From positions 34,307 to 98,306 of IMG/VR virus record IMGVR_UViG_3300028533_000217: 64,000 bases of DNA; one strand, given 5' to 3'. This DNA comes from a virus. Lineage: Duplodnaviria > Caudoviricetes. Numbering within the stretch: position 1 is the stretch's first letter; every line of letters starts with the position of its first letter. Below the pieces are notes generated by a model, which saw nothing but the letters and a program-made list of their open reading frames with translations, was not told the DNA's origin and did not search any database. The position numbers and the translations under genes are program-made. This document shows, one piece after another, positions 38,835-48,321 of this stretch.

Positions 38835-39695
38835 TTATATAGCAGTCCAGTCTTTAATGTTAGATTTAGGGAACTCGTTATCTGATAATGATTTAACACC
38901 GTTTGTTTCAGTACCAGTATCAGCTCTGAAATCTAAGTAATTATAAAGAACTCTATATTTATTTAATAGTAATTGTGAAACCGCATTTATATCTGGAGAA
39001 GTGTACATAGTACAAGTAAATGCTATTTCTAATTCAACATGTTGCATTTCTCCAGAAGATTGATTGAAGTGAGATCTTGCTGAAGTTTTAGGGAACATAT
39101 TACATAACATACAAGCAAATTCTATATTAAATCCTGTTTGGTCAGTCATTACATAGAATGCTTCCATAGTATGGTTAGATTGAGAAACTTCTATCTCAGC
39201 TGGTTGCATTACACCATTTGCATTAGTTTGTGGTATAGCTTTTCCGTGATAGTGAGTAAATCCACTATTAGGATCAGAAACACCTGTTTGCCACATTTCG
39301 ATATATTCTCTCATAGGAGAACCAGCAAATTCTAATATTTTAATAGTAATCTCGTTAGTTTCATCTTTTAGTATAGTTGGTATTTCAAAAGTTCTACCAG
39401 CATATCCACCAGTGATACTATCGAATTCCATTGTTAAATCTTGAATACCTTGTATATCCATAAATCCATATTCTATAACATGCTTAAAGTTTTTAGTAGC
39501 TTCAGGCATTAACTCTTTCATAAAGAAAGGCATTTTAGTTAAGAATATTCTACCTTTACCAGTTTTTAATACGTTATATTGCTCTAATGCAGCTCTTTTA
39601 ACGTTTAATCCTCCAAGGAAAAGTGAATATCCAGTCATGTCAGTTGTATTATTTTTTATATTACTTTGTAATGTTCTTTGATTATCTCTAGCCAT
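38835..39695 (-). CDS. Tail tube protein
   Basis: Directly downstream of the sheath; E..GSP...Y...W..G..DP motif of jumbo-phage tubes. Confidence 0.75.
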   Translation of the reverse strand: MARDNQRTLQSNIKNNTTDMTGYSLFLGGLNVKRAALEQYNVLKTGKGRIFLTKMPFFMKELMPEATKNFKHVIEYGFMDIQGIQDLTMEFDSITGGYAGRTFEIPTILKDETNEITIKILEFAGSPMREYIEMWQTGVSDPNSGFTHYHGKAIPQTNANGVMQPAEIEVSQSNHTMEAFYVMTDQTGFNIEFACMLCNMFPKTSARSHFNQSSGEMQHVELEIAFTCTMYTSPDINAVSQLLLNKYRVLYNYLDFRADTGTETNGVKSLSDNEFPKSNIKDWTAI

Positions 39696-39716
39696 ATCTT
39701 ATTCACCTACCTTTAA

Positions 39717-41546
39717 TTAAAATGAAACCCTAGGGTTAATATTTATTTCAACTATTGAAGATTTTGCTATAGATTTAAATGTTATCTCTACATAACAATG
39801 TAATACTGATCTAGCCTCTTCTTCAGCAGTCATATCGTATAAAACAGATAACTCTCTAACATCATCTTTATATGCTCTAACTCTTTCGTTTAATATTTCA
39901 GAGAATAATTGTCTGTCTTCTGGTTCAGCAAAGTTATATCTTCTCTTAATAGTTTCTTTTTCAGCTATTTCTTTTATTTCAAGAGTCATCCACATATTAT
40001 GCTCTTCACTTAAATCAGAATCTAAGTCTTGTGCTGTTTGTTGTGTTCCTCTAGCAAATACATTTTCTGCAAGTGCTTCATAATAGTTTAATCTTAAATC
40101 ATATAATTTTTCTTTTAAATCTTCATCCATTTCATCTACAACAGGAACTAGAGAATTTTTAACAGCTCCTGTTAACACAGCATATGCTTCGCCAGTAAAT
40201 GGAGTTTTAGAGCCATATAATTCAATGTGTCTTGCTAATTGACTAGCTAAATGATATGTATAAGTCACATCAACTTTTTTACCATTATAAGGATCTCTTA
40301 TTTGATAACATTGGAATCCTTTAGATACTATTCTATAATTTAAATCTGCAGTATCTTCTCCAAATACTAAAGCCTCATCAGGTGTAGATATTATTCCTGC
40401 ATCTAAATAAACCATAGAAGAATATCTTTTTATTGCTAATTCAACCATAGCACGTTTAACAGATAAAGGATATGCTGCATCTAGCATAAATTTAACAGGT
40501 ACTCTTCTAGTAGATAATATAGTTCTATCTAACTCTCCTGCAAAAGCTTTTACATAAAGATTTTCTAATAATTCACCTTCTAAATCTATACCATTTTCAA
40601 ACGACCCATCGTTTCCACCCATTAAAGGAACACCATCTAATCTATCAAGAGCTAATTCGTCTGTGATTATATTAACATTTGGTATAGCTACTTTATTATT
40701 ATCTACTCCAAATATTGGGTCAAATAATCTATGATTTGCAACTGGAACTTCCCCTTCTCCAAACATTGAAGCATATTCATCATATAATTTCTCAAATGCA
40801 TCTTCATTAACAACTATAGAAACTTTATTAGAAAAAGTTATATCTCCATCTAAAACATCTGATAGTATCATTGAACGAGAATTTATAGCATAATCATATA
40901 AACATCCATCAAATGTTTCAACAACATTGTTCCCTTCTTCTACATCTAAAATTTCTAATCTATATTGTCTATAATCGATATTTGATTTTTTTCTAAATAC
41001 ATTAGTAAATCTAACTCTTAATGAATTTCCGTATTGTCCTCTACCTTGGCATTGAATAGCTAATAGAGGAATAGTTTTATATCCTGCTTCATCTTCACTT
41101 GAGTTTTCTCTTTGTGATAATACAGCGTTTAATTGATTTTTATTGTTTAAACTCATTTCAGTTTCTCTAACTAATTTAACTTCTAGGTTTTCACCATTTA
41201 TTTTATATTTAATTGAAACTATTAGGTTTGCATAACATGCATCAAGAGGCATAACCCTCATACAATAAGCATGTGAATATGCGTCATTTATTGAAGCATG
41301 TGCATTTAATATAGGTTGACCATATTTAAATATATTTGGTTTACCAAATTCATTTACAAATGCAGCCTTACTAGTCATTTTTAATAATTTATTGTCTCTA
41401 CCTTTTCCACTAACGAATACACATAAATAATTAACTCTATCATCCATACCTGCACCAGGTATGTCAATAGAAGAATTATCATTTATGATCGTTACATTAA
41501 ACGGATGATCGTAGTCTGGAATATTTTTACTATTGTTAACGTACAT
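39717..41546 (-). CDS. Contractile tail sheath protein
   Basis: FGKPN..KYGQP, GRGQYGN, L.GG.DG, LDAAYP, C-terminal sheath-type FKSIAK..IVEININ. Confidence 0.85.
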   Translation of the reverse strand: MYVNNSKNIPDYDHPFNVTIINDNSSIDIPGAGMDDRVNYLCVFVSGKGRDNKLLKMTSKAAFVNEFGKPNIFKYGQPILNAHASINDAYSHAYCMRVMPLDACYANLIVSIKYKINGENLEVKLVRETEMSLNNKNQLNAVLSQRENSSEDEAGYKTIPLLAIQCQGRGQYGNSLRVRFTNVFRKKSNIDYRQYRLEILDVEEGNNVVETFDGCLYDYAINSRSMILSDVLDGDITFSNKVSIVVNEDAFEKLYDEYASMFGEGEVPVANHRLFDPIFGVDNNKVAIPNVNIITDELALDRLDGVPLMGGNDGSFENGIDLEGELLENLYVKAFAGELDRTILSTRRVPVKFMLDAAYPLSVKRAMVELAIKRYSSMVYLDAGIISTPDEALVFGEDTADLNYRIVSKGFQCYQIRDPYNGKKVDVTYTYHLASQLARHIELYGSKTPFTGEAYAVLTGAVKNSLVPVVDEMDEDLKEKLYDLRLNYYEALAENVFARGTQQTAQDLDSDLSEEHNMWMTLEIKEIAEKETIKRRYNFAEPEDRQLFSEILNERVRAYKDDVRELSVLYDMTAEEEARSVLHCYVEITFKSIAKSSIVEININPRVSF

Positions 41547-41582
41547 ATATTATTTCCTCCTTTATTTTATGTTATTTAAATT

Positions 41583-41594
41583 TAAATAATTGTT
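41583..41594 (-). promoter_or_regulatory. Late promoter for sheath/tube
   Basis: AACA attatt TA on the minus strand. Confidence 0.65.
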
Positions 41595-41656
41595 CAAGTT
41601 AGCCTTTATGTACTTAAGCAATTAAGTATATCTTTATAATATTGTATTTCTTATTA

Positions 41657-42391
41657 TCAGTACTTAATAACATCCTCAAGGGGTGTTTTTGTTTCTGTTC
41701 TTTTATATTTATTATTGTTAATTGCAGACGTAAGCATCTCATCCATATTTTCAAAAGATATACCTGCAAATGAACTATTATTCTTACATATAGTTCTAAC
41801 ATTAGCTAATGAATAGTCTAATTGTTTTTTCTTAGGATCAAAATTCTTAGCTAAGTGCTGACCATATTTAAGTGAGTTATCAGCTTTGTATCTGTAAACT
41901 TCACTTATAATCATTTCAAGCATGATAGCTGGTGCTGGCATTCCAACTTTATTTTGCTCAAATACTTTTAAAAATAATTCTATAGTTTTATCATATGGTA
42001 TATTTTTAGGTAACTGACCTCCTAATATCATATTAAGAAAATTCTCAGGCGCAGCATTGTCACATCTTACTGCAGACGCAAATAATTTATTTCCTTTATA
42101 AAATTTCAAAACTATATAGTCAGCTTCGTCATCATTACCTATAGTCATTTTTCTATTTTCTTTTTCAATAGGATAGAAACTTAACATGTTAGGTATTTTA
42201 AGTATTTCCAATTCATTAGGTTTTTCCATAGCAGAAAATGTTCTTAAATACATAACTCCAAAAGCATTAAATGATTCTCCAGCATCAGTTGCCAATTCTT
42301 TCTCAGTATATTGCTTTGGAACATAGAATTCAGCATAAGGACAATTTAAAACTATAAACCCATCTTTTTTAATAACATTAGCTTTTAGCAA
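41657..42391 (-). CDS. Virion RNA polymerase beta-prime C-terminal subunit
   Basis: LEMIISEVYR and SSFAGISFENMDEMLTSAI...PLEDVI resemble beta-prime region H (SF..AASFQ.T..VL..AA...ENVI); late promoter at 42412-42423. Confidence 0.65.
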   Translation of the reverse strand: MLKANVIKKDGFIVLNCPYAEFYVPKQYTEKELATDAGESFNAFGVMYLRTFSAMEKPNELEILKIPNMLSFYPIEKENRKMTIGNDDEADYIVLKFYKGNKLFASAVRCDNAAPENFLNMILGGQLPKNIPYDKTIELFLKVFEQNKVGMPAPAIMLEMIISEVYRYKADNSLKYGQHLAKNFDPKKKQLDYSLANVRTICKNNSSFAGISFENMDEMLTSAINNNKYKRTETKTPLEDVIKY

Positions 42392-42464
42392 TATTATCGA
42401 CCTCCTCTTATTAGCTAATTGTTTTTGACAATGAAAATAGATAATAGGCTCAATCGCCTATTAT

Positions 42465-42722
42465 CTATTTTTTAACATCAACCAGATCTTTTATAGCGTT
42501 ACCCCATGGTATTTCCAACCATATAAGTAATATTATAAAAATCGAAACGAACGCATATTTACTTACTATCGGAACTAATGCTAAAGCTCCTATTAGAGGA
42601 GCTAAAGCAAATAACCAAAATAAAGTCGTTTTAAAAAACAACCAAATTCTTTTCTTAACAGAACGTAACGCTTTTTGTATTATTTCAATCAATTCCTTAA
42701 GTGTTCCGTCAAACATAATCAC
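42465..42722 (-). CDS. Small two-TM membrane protein
   Basis: Two hydrophobic segments. Confidence 0.55.
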   Translation of the reverse strand: MIMFDGTLKELIEIIQKALRSVKKRIWLFFKTTLFWLFALAPLIGALALVPIVSKYAFVSIFIILLIWLEIPWGNAIKDLVDVKK

Positions 42723-42724
42723 AC

Positions 42725-43615
42725 CTACTTAACCATATCTAAAAATTCTTGTATATTTGCTAATAATTCTACTTTATATTCTTCAGGTAGTTTATTTAAA
42801 TGAAGAAGATATAGATTAGTTGTTAGTTGTGAAACAAAGAATGCATCATCACTTGAATAATAACCGTCTTTCATTAATTTACTTACATATTTTATTACAG
42901 CTATTATGAATAAGTTATTCATATTATGATATTCTTCAGGTAAAAATCTAGTTTCTAAGTCCTTAACTTGAATTAAATCATATTGTGAACCTAATTTTTG
43001 CTGTACCTTAATATAATTTTTATATATAGTTACAGATCTATCAGATTTGGCATCTGCTTTTAAATTTTCAGGATTTAATCCTTTGTATAAATCTTTTATT
43101 CTTTTTAGTGTAAAAGTTTCTTTGAAAGTCTCTTGTGATTTTAATATAGCATTATATTTGTTCTCGTCACCTAATTCTTCGGCTTTAGCTAAACCGTCAG
43201 ATATAGCCTTATTTACTATCTCTATAGATGTAACATTCGGATCTTTTTTATCAAATCCATAATACTCTTTTATATATTCATTAGTTTCGTTTGTTATTTC
43301 ATTAAGTTCTGCTATTTTTTCATCCATTTCAATAGAGAACTCATATGATTGAACAAGATAAATTAATATATCCCTTACGTATGTTACTAAATCTTCATGT
43401 GATTCAAAATCAGGTTCTTCTACATAATATTTGCCTTCTTCATAATTATTAAAAGCTAATAATTCTTCATCACTCATTTCTTCTAATTGCTGAACAGTTA
43501 AGTTACCAACAACTAATGCAAAAGCATCTTCATCTTCTTGTAATAATTCTTGTTGTGATTCTCTTAATTGGTTTACCTTTTCTATACTTTCATCTAATCT
43601 TGTAACGTTTGACAT
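42725..43615 (-). CDS. Hypothetical protein
   Basis: 296-aa ORF in a late operon. Confidence 0.7.
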   Translation of the reverse strand: MSNVTRLDESIEKVNQLRESQQELLQEDEDAFALVVGNLTVQQLEEMSDEELLAFNNYEEGKYYVEEPDFESHEDLVTYVRDILIYLVQSYEFSIEMDEKIAELNEITNETNEYIKEYYGFDKKDPNVTSIEIVNKAISDGLAKAEELGDENKYNAILKSQETFKETFTLKRIKDLYKGLNPENLKADAKSDRSVTIYKNYIKVQQKLGSQYDLIQVKDLETRFLPEEYHNMNNLFIIAVIKYVSKLMKDGYYSSDDAFFVSQLTTNLYLLHLNKLPEEYKVELLANIQEFLDMVK

Positions 43616-43639
43616 ATCTAATTACCACCTTTCACATTT

Positions 43640-44407
43640 TTATTCTTCATTATTTAAATCATTTATTATACTATTTTGTAACTCTAAACATATCTCAGAA
43701 GCAAATTCATCTATTATGTCATTATGTGAATATTTTATTTCATTGAATAATTTATATACAAAATTGTTAGCTATTTTAAAATCTCGCACATATTCTTTAA
43801 CTATTTCTCCACAATATTCACCAGGTTCGACTGCTAATTCCATAAAATCTTCTGGGTCTAATTCTAAATCTAATATATGATAAATTATAGATATTATATT
43901 CGATAATACTATAACATCATCTTTATTCTTAGTTAACTTCTTCATATTCGATGTCGTGACATCTTTTCTCTTATATTCGTCTGTAAAAAATCCAGCTAAT
44001 TCTGATTTATTCATTGTAATATAATTTAATAAGAAATTTGTTATATTTTCTTTTAAATTTACAACAAAGAATTCGTAAGCATTCTTTCCAATCATTTCTA
44101 TTTCAAATCCTTGCAGATTATCTCTATCTACTCCTAAACCGAATCTTTCATCTAATTCTATGACTAAAAATGTGTTAAATTCATCTCTCATTTCTTGTAA
44201 CTCATATCTATATTCATCTATATGTCCTATTTCTTCCATCGCTTCATCTAATGTCTCATATACTTGATCACAATGATTAGTTGAAAAAACTAAAGGATCA
44301 TCTATTTGCGATTTAATGTTTTCTTTTATTATGTCAATAGGTAAATCACCTAATATTCTTTCAATATCAAATCCGTTTATAAAATCATCATCTCTTAACA
44401 TTTCCAA
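43640..44407 (-). CDS. Hypothetical acidic protein
   Basis: RBS; late promoter AACA gttatt TA at 44443-44454. Confidence 0.7.
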   Translation of the reverse strand: MEMLRDDDFINGFDIERILGDLPIDIIKENIKSQIDDPLVFSTNHCDQVYETLDEAMEEIGHIDEYRYELQEMRDEFNTFLVIELDERFGLGVDRDNLQGFEIEMIGKNAYEFFVVNLKENITNFLLNYITMNKSELAGFFTDEYKRKDVTTSNMKKLTKNKDDVIVLSNIISIIYHILDLELDPEDFMELAVEPGEYCGEIVKEYVRDFKIANNFVYKLFNEIKYSHNDIIDEFASEICLELQNSIINDLNNEE

Positions 44408-44489
44408 CCTCTCCTTCTTTATTCGTAGTCTTTTATTTATCCTAAATAACTGTTAAGGTTAAAATAAAAAAATATAAGACTGAAGAGTC

Positions 44490-45554
44490 TTATATTTTAT
44501 TTACATCGTTCTCCCAATTTTCATAATACATATTACTGTCAAAATAATTTTGATTAAACATATACCAAATAACATAATCATCTAACTGGTCTTTAAATTT
44601 ATTTATGTTTTTAGGATATTGATAACCAAAATCTATATTTCTTAATTTAATTTTGTTAAATATTTTTCTAGTTTCTTTAGAATCTATTTTATTAGCAAAT
44701 TCTTGAACTGAAATCTCTTTAGAATTAACTTTAATTATATCTTTATCTATATTCTGTAAAACATTACACAGTTCATTTGTTTCTTGCATAACTTGTCTCC
44801 ACATAAATATTTCACCATTATTTATCTTGAATATGATTTTAGAAAATAATTTCATCAAATCTATCACAGCTTCTCTATCCAAATTGCATAAATATAATGA
44901 TTTAGTTTCCAATTCCTGTTTATAATCATTGGCAAAATAATATGTTGCTAACATATCGAATAGAAATCCTGAATATATACAATTATTTTCAGCAATAATA
45001 CCCTCAAGATAACTTATTTGTTGAGCTAAGATTTCACACAGGTATTGGTGCTCGGTTATATTCGTGTATATATATTTATAGAATTCCCTTTGATTATCAT
45101 TCAAATTTAACAAAGATTTAAAACCATATCTTCCTGTATAATGACCTAATCTATTTACAGCAGATTCTATTTTCGTAACTAAAAGACCATAATCATACGT
45201 CCCATTTTTTCTTTTATATTTATATGCTTTAGCTTTTACTTTCATTACTGAATAATTATACGATATTTCATCATATAATCTTTTTGGAAAATCTATATGA
45301 ATATGGTCTGAAACAAACATGTTCTCAGAATGAATATTTATACAAGTTACTCGTATATGTTCACGTAAATTAGATTTGTTGTTTTTATATTCATATAGAC
45401 AAAATAATGTATATTCATACGTCTTCCCATTTTTAACTCTGTCTTTCAGATTTATTCTAACATTGTAATTATTTGTTATGTTGGTTGAATTATCTATGAC
45501 ATTCATATCATTCATAGTTCCATGATTTGTATATATAATATCTCTATTTATCAT
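44490..45554 (-). CDS. Hypothetical protein downstream of the hairpin-repeat RNA
   Basis: 354 aa, RBS aaggag; beta-rich, basic/aromatic N-terminal half (possible OB-like nucleic-acid binder). Confidence 0.7.
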   Translation of the reverse strand: MINRDIIYTNHGTMNDMNVIDNSTNITNNYNVRINLKDRVKNGKTYEYTLFCLYEYKNNKSNLREHIRVTCINIHSENMFVSDHIHIDFPKRLYDEISYNYSVMKVKAKAYKYKRKNGTYDYGLLVTKIESAVNRLGHYTGRYGFKSLLNLNDNQREFYKYIYTNITEHQYLCEILAQQISYLEGIIAENNCIYSGFLFDMLATYYFANDYKQELETKSLYLCNLDREAVIDLMKLFSKIIFKINNGEIFMWRQVMQETNELCNVLQNIDKDIIKVNSKEISVQEFANKIDSKETRKIFNKIKLRNIDFGYQYPKNINKFKDQLDDYVIWYMFNQNYFDSNMYYENWENDVNKI

Positions 45555-45584
45555 TATTTCAACTCCTTTATATAGATTTATTAA

Positions 45585-45616
45585 AAATTAAAAGCATAAC
45601 TCAATGAGTTATGCTT
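45585..45616 (-). terminator. Intrinsic terminator between the repeat array and the ORF
   Basis: aagcataactc-att-gagttatgctt followed by ttaattttt on the minus strand. Confidence 0.7.
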
Positions 45617-45648
45617 AAAAAATATATATAATTTTAGTTAAAATTAAG

Positions 45649-45815
45649 AGGTAGAGTTAGCTACAGAGTCCACCCTCTGCGAGCATACGGTACAGAGTCC
45701 ACCCTCTGCGACCATACATCATTCTACGCCTATTCAGGTAGAGTTAGCTACAGAGTCCACCCTCTGCGAGCATACGGTACAGAGTCCACCCTCTGCGACC
45801 ATACATCATTCTACG
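45649..45815 (-). repeat. Nested tandem repeat / hairpin-array ncRNA
   Basis: Two identical 80-nt units (87-nt period); four copies of tacagagtccaccctctgcga at 45662, 45691, 45749 and 45778. Confidence 0.9.
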
Positions 45816-45842
45816 AGAACTTTTAACTATTATTCATTTGTT

Positions 45843-45883
45843 ATCAATTATATAATATATAATTGAAATATAACCTTTTTACA
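45843..45883 (-). promoter_or_regulatory. Consensus early promoter driving the repeat array
   Basis: TGTAAAAAGGTTATATTTCAATTATATATTATATAATTGAT on the minus strand. Confidence 0.75.
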
Positions 45884-48258
45884 CTACCAATCATTTAAAT
45901 CATCAAATCCATCTAGTATCCAAGGATTTGAATTAGTTTCTCTTTTATCGTAATCATAGTTCAAGTCTTCTCTTTCAATATCTTCTACTCTAGTGGTTGC
46001 ATTTATAGCTTTATCTATTTCTTCCGATTGTCTATTATAATGCATCATTTCTTTTCTATTATTTTGCTCATATGTATTTACAGATTGAGAAGCCATTAAT
46101 TGTGCTTGGAAGAACATCATATCTTCTTCAGATAAGTTATTCATAGCATATTGATAAGCATCCTCTTCTTGTGCTTTATCACCATCAAATCCAGGTTCCT
46201 TCATTCCTTTAACGATTCCCCATCTGTTAAGATTCTTACCATATGTATAAACATATAAAGCTATTAAGTAAGACATAATACTATCGTCATGTTCTCCAGC
46301 AGCAGCTTGAACTTTACCGTTCTTTCTTACTAGTTTTAATATATCATCTATAACATAGTGTGAGGTTAATCTATCTTTAAACTCTTGCACTGTTAAGAAT
46401 AACAAATCTATCATTAATGCTCTTGATTTAACCCCTGTAAATACTCCATAATGTCTCCTTCTTTCAACTTCTCTTTCTATATGTCCTTTATTCATTTTAG
46501 AAGTATTATCTTCAACTAATTCTTTATTCATACTATGATAAATATTTCTATTTAAAACGGTTTCTCTTAAATCTTGTATAACTGAATCTCCCCCATGGTT
46601 CTTTTCTATACAAAGAACACCATTAGGAATATATTTCTTAATTAATTGGTATAAAAATCTTTTTAAATCGGGATAACCCATAATAGGACTTCTAAATTCA
46701 GCATCTATTTGTAAAGTATAAGGATTGACAATAGAAATTGCAGTACTGTCGTTATTAACTCCAGTAGCAACGTCGACACCAACTAAATAAGGTACTTTAG
46801 GATTTAATTCTTTATATACATTTAATTGGTATATATCCATTATATAATGTTCTTCTACTATATTCGGTCTAATTTCTTGTATAGCCATTAAGTCTTCTTC
46901 ACTAAAAGGAGAATCTTTACTACCTCTAATTCTTTGAAGTAATAATTCTCTTCGTATAGCAGTAGGATCACCATTTACTAATGAACATAGTTTTCTAAAC
47001 CAATCTTCTCCCAATCCCAATTGTTTATATGAATATTCTATATATACTATATTATTAGCTGCATTTGCAGATATTATCTCTTTAGCTTTATCAGGACCTA
47101 AATCATAAAAATTTTCACTCCAACGACAAGTTTTATCTAGAATCTTTTGCGCCGCTTGTCCTGCAGGTGAGTCTAAATCACCTGGTGTACTACTAAGTAT
47201 ACGACAGTATGCAGCACCGTTTCGTTCAGCATTAGCTGCGGCTGTTGAATATGCTGGTAATTGTGTTACGAATAGATTCGCTACATCTATCCTTCTATAT
47301 GTCACCATATAGTTCAGACTATATCTTCATTCTTTCGAATGCCTCCCGTTTCCACTCGCTTGAGTGTACTCTACTCCCTTCCATATTCAAAATGTGGTTT
47401 CGATAGTCGTTGAACCTTCCTCTAATTAATTAGAGGCTTGGCTGCTGATTATCTCTTTATAAGAGACGTCCCAGCAATTAGAGAGGTTTTAGTCGAGCCC
47501 AGATTCAAACCCGACGCCATCATAATCTCATCAATATAATTTATAAACTCAGCCTCATCCATGTAAGTAATAGGTAATGTATTACCCCTTCCTAATTTTA
47601 CAGCTGCTTCTTTACTACTAGCTTTAGGTTTAGTTACTATAGTATTTTTAGTTAAAGGATTATAAATTTTTCTTATATTGTCTATTTCATTATCTTTAGT
47701 TCCTAATACTTGGTCAACTACACAATCCTGTCTTAGTTGTAAATAAGAAGGTAATAATTCTCTTTGTGATTTTAATCTCTCTAAGTTTTCAGATGCAAGT
47801 TCTTGTGAAGTTGCAAAAAATGCAAAAGAAGAGTTTGTTGTACCAAATAAATAAGCCCAAGTAAGATTTGCTAATATAGATTGAGTTTTCCCTATCTGTC
47901 TAGGTATTGTTAAATAATGGTCGATATTATTCACAAAACACCACGTTGCTGCTAAATTCGCTCTATTCAATTTATATGGAATACCATTACTATTCCCTTG
48001 GTCAGGTATTCTACAAACTTCTCTTAAATAATACCAAGGGTTTCTTATACATTCAGCCATTATCCTTTGACATAATTCTTCCGACATTACAGTTATTGGT
48101 CCATGAGGATCTATACCTTGTAAACCCCTATCATATAATCTTAAAAAGAACATATTGTTCTTTATACCTAATTTTTTTAAATCGGCAGCGACCTGTAGAA
48201 ATGATATATTAGTCGTTTCCGTATCATAAAAGACATTACTATTTTCATGTATAAACAT
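45884..48258 (-). CDS. terL: Terminase large subunit, intron-split (exons 48258-47509 and 47257-45884, ~707 aa)
   Basis: PRQIGKT Walker A, YMDEAEF Walker B, spliced MASG|PAYSTAA, STPG motif III, nuclease GVDVATG/IEKN/HDD. Confidence 0.92.
47258..47508 (-). mobile_element. Group I intron, no internal ORF (251 nt), apparent terminal A
   Basis: Exon gtcgggT pairs with IGS gctcgac; same core as the other two introns; P10 ttgaat-ctgg pairs with exon ccag..attcaa. Confidence 0.88.
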
Positions 48259-48321
48259 TTTTTCACCACCAAAAAAATAATATTTGAAACCATAGGTTAA
48301 ACCTACAGTTTCAAATTACTT

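Noticed and set aside
45662-45798. Iron-responsive-element or canonical CsrA sites
   Set aside because: Bulged C and hexaloop are IRE-like in shape, but the loop is GGUGGA rather than CAGUGN, and it lacks the ANGGA context of strong CsrA sites; kept only as a weak hypothesis
45649-45815. Mini CRISPR array
   Set aside because: Inter-repeat segments are only 8 or 37 nt and are themselves repeated rather than unique spacers; no cas genes in the window
47258-47308. ATG at 47308 as the start of an independent terminase C-terminal protein
   Set aside because: It lies inside the intron P9 region and has no RBS
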